10,543 nucleotides of DNA from Fidelibacterota bacterium. Lineage in GTDB: Bacteria; Fidelibacterota; Marinisomatia; Marinisomatales; S15-B10. The position numbers and the translations under genes were made by a program. The notes beneath the pieces are model-generated. The model was not told the origin of the DNA and did no database searches. It worked only from the letters and a program-made list of their open reading frames with translations. Position 1 is the first letter of the stretch, and each line of letters begins with the position of its first letter. This document shows, piece after piece, positions 1 through 6,800 of this stretch. The stretch spans positions 1-10,543 of the forward strand of contig JBHIAI010000060.1 in NCBI GenBank assembly GCA_046861655.1, written 5' to 3'.

Positions 1-15
1 GGGACTGCACAGGAT

Positions 16-53
16 ATAAGAAAAGGGCCGGTCAACACCGGCCCTTTTCTTAT
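16..53. terminator. Rho-independent terminator, probably bidirectional
   Basis: Perfect 17-bp inverted repeat ATAAGAAAAGGGCCGGT (16-32) / ACCGGCCCTTTTCTTAT (37-53) around a 4-nt loop CAAC. The GC-rich stem is followed by TTTTCTTAT on either strand and lies 35 nt downstream of the stop codon of 89..1429(-). Confidence 0.93.
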
Positions 54-88
54 GCTTCGAGACCGTTACGTCTCTACGCGATTCGATC

Positions 89-1429
89 CTACTTCACGTA
101 GGTCATTCTCTTGGATACCATCCGGTTATTGAACTCCAGGCGGTAGATGTACATGCCTGAAGGCAAACCTGAGGCATCAAAGAGAACCCGGTAGTGTCCC
201 GGAGATTTCGGTTCGTTAACCAGTGTTGCGATTTCCCGTCCAGCCAGGTCATAGACCACCAGTTTCGCTATGCCCGCTTCCTTCAAATCATACGGAATCG
301 TCGTGGTGGGGTTGAAGGGATTGGGATAGTTCTGGCGCAGGGTGAATTCCACGGCAATGATGGGATTCCCCGGCTGATAGTCTATGCTGAGCCCCGGAAC
401 GATGGGTGGATCTCCCGGCTGAGCCGGATTTGAGTTGGTCCATTTCTTTACCACGCCGCCGTCAAAATCGGAGGTATAGGCAGTCATTCCATCCGCAGAG
501 AACGCTAACCCTCTCGGGGCGTAGTATGAACCTCCGGCAGGAGGCGTATCTCCCACCGAGGGCGGATCGGTTGTACTCGCGTTATGTCCGATCGTATCCA
601 CGGCGAAGAAATTCTGGGTGGGATCCAGGCCATACCAGCCGGTGAAGTCATTGGCGCCCACGTTCCAGTAGGTCCCTACCCACAACAGACCGTTGTTGTC
701 CCAGTCCATAGTCTGGGCCCACAGCTGTTTCTCCGTGGAGCCGTAGATCGTATCGACGAGAGCGTAAGGACCATCGGGACCGTTGTCACTGTGGTAGTGG
801 AGAATCCCGTTGTACGTGGTGTAGATGGCGCCCACGTACACATCATTTCCATCAGGACTCGCCAGTACAGAGCGCTGGATGGTGGGAACGGTGTCCGTAA
901 CGGTATTGTATACCTCAAAATCTGAATCGAGGATAACCAGGGAATGATTGTTGAGCACGTGGGTAATGTAGATGAACCCATTCGTGTCCGCCCCTGCCTC
1001 CGTGAGGGCTGCGGCCCCTCCTGATTCGAAGTCATACTTGTTCATTCCCTCGCCGGTCATGTAATTGATCCGGTACAGGAATCCGCTACAGGTCAGGATG
1101 TTCCCGTCGGCATCCAGAGAGATACCCCGGTTATTGTAGATCAGGGTATCGGTGACCCCGCCCACAGTCACAGTGCTGATTGGGGAAAAGTCCGCCTGGG
1201 TACCGTCGGAGTTGTAGACCATTATGGCCGAGGCCGTCACCGTATCGGGATCGAAGGACAACGTGTCGTTTTGATAGTACTGGGTTATCCAGATCTTACC
1301 CTCCGGATCCACCACGACGCCGTGACCCAAGGGCCCTACGTAGAAATCTTCCTCGTAGGTCCACACCTGGGCAACGGCAAGACCGGACAGGGCCACGATG
1401 ATGATCATTGCCTTTACCAATTTATTCAT
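89..1429 (-). CDS. Secreted beta-propeller (NHL-like) protein with type A T9SS C-terminal sorting domain, 446 aa
   Basis: Sec signal peptide MNKLVKAMIIIVALSGLAVA|Q. Propeller-blade motifs HGVVVDPEGKIW, RGISLDADGNIL, MDWDNNGLLW and PRGLAFSADGMTAY. A Pro-rich linker precedes a classical CTD, FTLRQNYPNPFNPTTTI...VYDLAGREIATLV...LPSGMYIYRL...KRMTYVK (TIGR04183-type pattern). Strong SD upstream. Confidence 0.9.
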   Translation of the reverse strand: MNKLVKAMIIIVALSGLAVAQVWTYEEDFYVGPLGHGVVVDPEGKIWITQYYQNDTLSFDPDTVTASAIMVYNSDGTQADFSPISTVTVGGVTDTLIYNNRGISLDADGNILTCSGFLYRINYMTGEGMNKYDFESGGAAALTEAGADTNGFIYITHVLNNHSLVILDSDFEVYNTVTDTVPTIQRSVLASPDGNDVYVGAIYTTYNGILHYHSDNGPDGPYALVDTIYGSTEKQLWAQTMDWDNNGLLWVGTYWNVGANDFTGWYGLDPTQNFFAVDTIGHNASTTDPPSVGDTPPAGGSYYAPRGLAFSADGMTAYTSDFDGGVVKKWTNSNPAQPGDPPIVPGLSIDYQPGNPIIAVEFTLRQNYPNPFNPTTTIPYDLKEAGIAKLVVYDLAGREIATLVNEPKSPGHYRVLFDASGLPSGMYIYRLEFNNRMVSKRMTYVK

Positions 1430-1432
1430 ACA

Positions 1433-1442
1433 TCACCCCCTT
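1433..1442 (-). promoter_or_regulatory. Shine-Dalgarno site for 89..1429
   Basis: The minus strand reads AAGGGGGTGA-TGT-ATG, one mismatch from the extended consensus AAGGAGGTGA. Confidence 0.75.
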
Positions 1443-1467
1443 GTTTTGGGATTACGGTGGTTAGGAA

Positions 1468-1495
1468 AGAGTACTACTTTGTCTGTCTATTTCAA
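1468..1495 (-). promoter_or_regulatory. Possible second, overlapping sigma70 promoter P2 (TTGAAA-N16-TACTCT)
   Basis: Minus strand: TTGAAA (1495-1490), 16-nt spacer, TACTCT (1473-1468). Its -35 overlaps the -10 of P1. Confidence 0.35.
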
Positions 1496-1522
1496 GTTAC
1501 TTATCTCGACACAATAGGTCAA
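1494..1522 (-). promoter_or_regulatory. Putative internal sigma70 promoter P1 (TTGACC-N17-TAACTT)
   Basis: Minus strand: -35 TTGACC (1522-1517), 17-nt spacer, -10 TAACTT (1499-1494). It lies in an AT-rich 114-bp intergenic gap within an otherwise GC-richer region. Confidence 0.6.
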
Positions 1523-1543
1523 TACAATTCTTCCAGGGGCCGG

Positions 1544-3709
1544 TCACCGGATAATCAGAAATTTCCGGATGGCCGTGTCTCCCTCCCTGTAGAGCAGTTC
1601 ATTGGTGAACGGATCCCGGTAGTCTTCCGTTACCTCAAAATGGGCCAGGTACACCCCGCTGACCACCACCTGACGGGAGGACGTTACCGAGTTCCACGGT
1701 TCATCTCCGCTGCCGTCCGTGTGATGAATGGTCTTGATGAGATCTCCCCGTTCGGTGAAAATCCGGATGGTGCACCGGGCCGGGATGTTCAGGAACATGA
1801 TCTTATCTTTTTCGCCCGTATACTGAAGGTCCCTGGCCGCAATATGGTAGGGATTCGGTACCACCCGGATATCATCGAGAGATCTCCCTGCCTGTCTCCT
1901 CAGGAAAGCCGGTTCGGTAGTCCGGGTATAGAACCGGCTGCTGTGAAGCGGTCCGGTGGGGTTTGCTTCTCCGGTGGTGTTGTTGGACCCGTCGTTGTAG
2001 GCGACGATGTAGTAGTAGTAAGAGAACCCCCGTACGGCGCTGACGTCATCGAATTGAGTCCCACCCGGATCGATGGTGGCAATCTGTTCGTACGTGGTAT
2101 CCGGCCTGCCCACAGACCGGAAGATCATGTAGCCGGCGAAGTCGGATTCTCCTTCTGAAGGACTGGGACTCCAGCTGAGGGAGATTCTGTCCCCACCGGA
2201 GGTAACTTCAAACACAGAAGAGGGGAGGGGAGGCTGGGGAATGCCGTACTCCATGTCGAAATTCCTTTTGGCCCGGCCAAAGGTCTGAAGGATGGAGTCC
2301 TTCCCCGTGTACACCCAGGTATTCTTAAACACGTCTTTGTCGCTGGTTTCTGAACCGTCGGGAAGGGTGAAGGGACCGGAATCGCTGGGATCATCGTAGG
2401 CCCTTTTCCATCGTCTCCCGATCTGTTCGCACATTTCGCGGCTCAACCCACTGATCCCCTCCGCTTCCACGATAACGATACTGTCGCCGGGGGGGATGTC
2501 GAAGGGTCCGTAGGCGATCCAGACGTTGGTGCCACCCCCGTCATTGTGGATGGTGTAGGGATCGAGCCGGTGGGTAATCGATTCCAGATAGGTTTCATCC
2601 ATCCTGTCAGTTCCCCCTGATCCTTCGCTGGGATACGGGTTGCCACTGAGCATGTCGTACACCTTGATCATGTTGGTCATATCGGAGGGGGTGATATTGC
2701 CTACCGATGGATAGGAATCCCCGGCGTGCCACCCAAGAACGGCAGGCTGGTACGGATCGTCACTTCTGTCGGTGACACTCTTATCCACATGAAGAATCGC
2801 GGTTCCCGCGTGATGGGGTGAAGTAAGACGTCCGTCGTGTCTCACATCGGGGGCACCGATATTATCGAAGGACACTCTTTCCGACTGACCGAACCAGCTG
2901 AAGCCCGCCCGGATCCAATCCACGATGGGATTCTCTTCGGTGATAGACTCCCCGGCGTGAAGAGGGTAGTCCTCGCCCCGCTTCGTAACCCAGGAGTGTT
3001 TGCCCCAGGATTGCTGGCCGTCTATGGCTATCGCCCCTTCCCGTGATACGCTGTACCGTGTTCCCCAGCCGATTCGGACACCTGTCAAGGTTTCGTTCAG
3101 CTCCCTTTCATCATCGAAGTCAACGTTTCCGGTATTCTTGAGAATGAATTCCTTGATGAAGTAATTGTCGTGGTATTGTTGACTGAACACCAGGATTCTC
3201 CGGGTCATGGTGAGTCCCAGGGCGGTGTTCACTACGTTGGTGATGATTCTGTCGGGAACCTGATCGGGATCGATCTCATCCACGTCCCCCACGTAGGGGG
3301 CGGTGATATTGTTTCCATCGACGAAAACGGAGGGAGATTCGAATTTCGCGGTCTGGGTGAGTTTCATGGGAAACAGGGAAGTCTGGACATACCCTTTGGA
3401 TACGTAGGTCGCCCAGACATCCCAGTCCTGTCCCTGAGCGTCCGTGAAGTCCTGGGCGGCAATCCAGGCCCGTTTTATCACAGCGTTGTCCTGGAGCTGA
3501 TAGTCCGCGGGCCAGATCAACCCTTCGTAGTAGGAATTGTTCCAGGCCCGCTCTGATCCGTAGGCGGAGATGTGACTCTGGAGGGACCCTACCCGGACGT
3601 ACCGTTTTTCGTTTTCTCCCACCTGGGCGGTGAGGAAGGAAAGCGTTCCCAGGAAAACTGCGATCGTGAGGGTGTTCACTGGTTTGTCAAACGGACGCAC
3701 ATGCAGCAT
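1544..3709 (-). CDS. Secreted protein of unknown function with fibronectin type III-like domain and atypical T9SS-like CTD, 721 aa; paralogue of 9865..10543
   Basis: Hydrophobic signal peptide ending FLTA|Q. FN3-like segment PQPP...FEVTSGGDRISLSW...FAGYMIFRS...FDD...RGFSYYYYIVAY. C-terminal domain IRVVPNPY...IMFLNIP..CTIRIFTERGDLIKTI...SGVYLAH...KFLIIR. The start is uncertain: ATG 3709 has no well-placed SD, and GTG 3679 is an alternative. Confidence 0.85.
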   Translation of the reverse strand: MLHVRPFDKPVNTLTIAVFLGTLSFLTAQVGENEKRYVRVGSLQSHISAYGSERAWNNSYYEGLIWPADYQLQDNAVIKRAWIAAQDFTDAQGQDWDVWATYVSKGYVQTSLFPMKLTQTAKFESPSVFVDGNNITAPYVGDVDEIDPDQVPDRIITNVVNTALGLTMTRRILVFSQQYHDNYFIKEFILKNTGNVDFDDERELNETLTGVRIGWGTRYSVSREGAIAIDGQQSWGKHSWVTKRGEDYPLHAGESITEENPIVDWIRAGFSWFGQSERVSFDNIGAPDVRHDGRLTSPHHAGTAILHVDKSVTDRSDDPYQPAVLGWHAGDSYPSVGNITPSDMTNMIKVYDMLSGNPYPSEGSGGTDRMDETYLESITHRLDPYTIHNDGGGTNVWIAYGPFDIPPGDSIVIVEAEGISGLSREMCEQIGRRWKRAYDDPSDSGPFTLPDGSETSDKDVFKNTWVYTGKDSILQTFGRAKRNFDMEYGIPQPPLPSSVFEVTSGGDRISLSWSPSPSEGESDFAGYMIFRSVGRPDTTYEQIATIDPGGTQFDDVSAVRGFSYYYYIVAYNDGSNNTTGEANPTGPLHSSRFYTRTTEPAFLRRQAGRSLDDIRVVPNPYHIAARDLQYTGEKDKIMFLNIPARCTIRIFTERGDLIKTIHHTDGSGDEPWNSVTSSRQVVVSGVYLAHFEVTEDYRDPFTNELLYREGDTAIRKFLIIR

Positions 3710-3727
3710 GACAGGGAGGGACCGTTC

Positions 3728-3748
3728 CTACGCATTACGAATTACGCA
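3728..3748. repeat. Short tandem heptamer repeat, three copies
   Basis: CTACGCA TTACGAA TTACGCA at 3728-3734, 3735-3741 and 3742-3748, in intergenic sequence. Confidence 0.5.
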
Positions 3749-3753
3749 GTACA

Positions 3754-3803
3754 GCCATGCTTCGTCCCTTCGTCAAATTCAGGGCAGACAGGCTCAGCAT
3801 GGC
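3754..3803. repeat. Nested REP-like palindromic element
   Basis: 8-bp terminal inverted repeats GCCATGCT (3754-3761) / AGCATGGC (3796-3803). The outer unit GCCATGCTTCG|ACAGGCTCAGCATGGC is interrupted at 3765-3787 by a related inner unit, TCCCTTCGTCAAATTCAGGGCAG. Both follow the pattern stem-CTTCG-N6-TCAG-stem. Confidence 0.65.
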
Positions 3804-3853
3804 AGAAGGGATCGCAGTGGAGCGTGACTCGTCGGTCCACCTGAAACAGTGCG

Positions 3854-6800
3854 TCAGAAATTTGCCCGGACGCCGATTTTGACGTTCCTGGGATTCAAGA
3901 AGGTGAAGGAGGTGAGATTTGGCATGTCGATGTACGCTTTCTTATCCAGGATCTCTTTCTTGACCCAGCTGGCGTTCCTTTCCACCCATTCATCCTCAAC
4001 GAACTGAAGGTACCGTTCCGTTTCGAGATCCCAGTACAGAACCTGGGGTTCCGGACTGGCGACGACATCCAGGCTTGACACCGACTGCATGGGTACGAAA
4101 TCAACGTTGCTGCCGCGGTATTCCCCGATCTTGTCGTTACCCCTCTCGATTCCCTCTTCCCAGTCAAAATGGAGGGATTCCATGTAGTCCAGGTAATCGA
4201 ATTGATCAGAGAAGCCGGCGTCGCTTAACAATTTGATGTTGAAGACATTCGAAATGTCGATGAACACCTGTATGTCTTGAGGACCCACCTGCACGCTCTT
4301 GGTCAGGCGGAGGTCCACATTGTGGTAGCTCTTCCACTGAACATTGTCCACAACTCCCGGCTCATTATTGGGATTGTAGGTGGTAATGGCTCCGGCTCTC
4401 CACGCGGCGAGAAAATTGAGATTCCATCCTCCCAGGGGATAGACACCGTTGAAGCTGGGTCCGAACGACCCCGGAGAGTGGAAGTCGAGCACAGTCCTCA
4501 TAAAGGGCCTGGGATGAGGCCTTTCCTGATAGGGGTTCTGTCTCAGGTATTCCCTCTGTTTGTTAGGATCCTCATAGTATTCCGTAAGTCCAAAGTACCC
4601 GAAGGTTCTCACTTCATAGGTGTAGTTGATAAATCCGGTCACCCACCTACCCATCCGCTTGTCGAGAGTCAATTCCAGACCGCGAATATCTTCGTAGTTG
4701 TTGTCTGCGGCCCTCAGGTACTGAACGGAGTTGTTGATATTCTGGTATGAAATCCAACCGTGTTCGTTCGTCACATCCTTATAGTATGCGGCCAGGGTTA
4801 CAAGGTACCGGTTGGCCAGGCTGTGGGCATACCCCAGTTCATAGGCAACCGTTCTCTCAAGAAGGAGATTGGGTTCTCCGATGGAGGTGACCAGCCCGTT
4901 GTATTCGCGTTGAATCCTAAACCGGTAGGATGAGGCCGGTTCCTGGCGAAAATGACCGTAGTTGAAGTACAATTTCGAATTCTGTGTGATGGGGTGGGAA
5001 ACTCCCAGCCGGGGACTGAGGCTCCACCGGGGTTGTGCGTCGTCCGCGGGTGCCTCCTCCTCGATAAGGTGACCGTTCCCTTCCTTGAAATAGGGATCAT
5101 AGTCTTCAAGATCATACCGGGAGGAGTTGGCGTCCGAGTAATCCAGGCGAACGCCCAGATTTGCGATGAACCCTTCGAACTCCAGTTTGTCCTGGGCATA
5201 GATCGCCAGTCGAAACGGTCGAACCCGGTACACCTGGTCTCTGGTCCAGGTGGTCATGGAAGGGCTTTCGGTGGACGACCTGATGTTGAAGTCGTTGAGC
5301 GTCAACTGAAGGCCGGTCTTAACCTGGTTGGTCATGTTCACCTGGCTGGTATGATCGAAACGGAGGGTGGTGGTTGACACGGTGGTGGAATCCCGTCCCA
5401 GGTTCATCCAGCCGCCAATCCTCATACCATCGATCCCGGTGACCCCGTACCCCCAGTAGCCGAACGGTGCCTCATCCACAAGATACCCGGGAACGATTTC
5501 AAACTTTCTCGAGGTGTCGCGGGGGGCCATTTCGTAGGTGTTGTAGTGATTCCTGTTGTGCTGAAGGGTGATCTCGTAGAAAGAACGGGAACTGAGCACC
5601 CGGTTTACTCTAATCCCCAGAATGGTCCGGGTGATGATGCTGGGGCTGAACCATCCTGGCATATAGATAATGCTGTTCCCGGAGCTGCTGGTTACGTAGT
5701 TGGCGACTTCGTAGGGAGATCTCAGGACATACCCAGTGGGTGTGGTCGTCCACTGGTAGGGGGAGACGGATTGGATTTTTCCATGCATCCCGGTGAGGGT
5801 CAATCTTGTATTCGGGTTGATGTCCGCCGTGAGTTTCAGACGGCCGATGTTTTCGTCATAGCTTTCCCGGGAGAGGGGGAAGATGAACATCTCTTTTACG
5901 TCCCGGTAGGAGAATTGAAACCGGAGACCGCCCAGAGAACTGGATATCCACGGCACAGGTCCCCCCAGGGTGATGTCCAGGGTATGATCCGGCTTCTCGA
6001 TATTGCTGGACCGGCGATGCTGCCACTTGAAAAGTTGTCGTGCCCCTTCGGGCGTAAGGTCATTGGTGGGATCGTTATCCTGGAGGGTTGCCTCCGAAAC
6101 AGCATTCCAGCCCTCAAAAGTGGGGTATTGTCTTTGGGTATAGGCGTCCCAGGCGCCACTTGCTGTACCTGTGTAGGCCACCTCTGGATCAAGATACGGT
6201 CTCAGGAAGTACGTACTGGGATCGTTCACAGACGGCCCGAAATGCTTCCTTCCCGGTGGGTCGATTCGCAGGGTGAACGATCCTGAGTAGCGGTCCCGGA
6301 GAGCGTCTTTTGTCACGATATTTATGATTCCCGACCGTACGTCGCCGTACTCTGCGTTGAATCCTCCGGTCTGGACCTGGACTTCGCTGACGCTGTTAAA
6401 GCTGACGGAGGTGTAGGGATTGTTGGATCGTTCGTCATTCAGTACGATTCCGTCCACCACGAACGCCGTCTGGCGGGCGCTGCCGCCCCGAACACTCAAT
6501 CCCTGAATCCCCGCCTGAAGACCGATGACTTCGGTGACGTCGAGGATCGGCATGGTCTCGATGGTTTCTGAGGCCACATTCAACTGGCTGTTGGAAACGT
6601 CCGGGACCACCACCGGACGTTCGGCAACGATGGTTATCTCCTCCGCAGCCAGGACTTCGGTTTTCATTCGAATGTCAAGAGTGGTAGTCTGTCCCATCAC
6701 CACAACCACATTCCTGGCGGTTACATCGGCGTATCCGATCATGGAAGTCTTGAGGGTATATTCGCCCGGGGGTACGTTCAGGATCACATAGTAGCCGTTG

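Noticed and set aside
59..74. Small hairpin GAGAC-N6-GTCTC between the stop codon and the terminator
   Set aside because: A 5-bp stem is compatible with chance.
1466..1480. Imperfect palindrome AAAGAGTACTACTTT over the P2 -10 box as an operator
   Set aside because: It is short and imperfect, I saw no second copy, and no regulator is encoded in the window.
1544..1790. DNA similarity with 9865-10110 read as mobile-element direct repeats or a DGR template/variable repeat pair
   Set aside because: Both copies are in-frame coding ends. Differences involve all four bases and are often synonymous rather than adenine-specific, and no reverse transcriptase, integrase or transposase is present in the window.
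1271..2158. 295-aa plus-strand ORF
   Set aside because: It is antisense to two well-supported genes, starts with TTG and has no recognisable motifs. Long shadow ORFs are expected opposite GC-rich coding sequence.
3728..3803. Intergenic repeats as a CRISPR array, tRNA or riboswitch
   Set aside because: There is no repeat-spacer periodicity, no cloverleaf or T-loop motif, and no recognisable riboswitch consensus.
5546..6286. 246-aa plus-strand ORF, plus the other short plus-strand and alternate-frame ORFs in the track
   Set aside because: They lie within or largely overlap the seven minus-strand genes and show no domain signatures.
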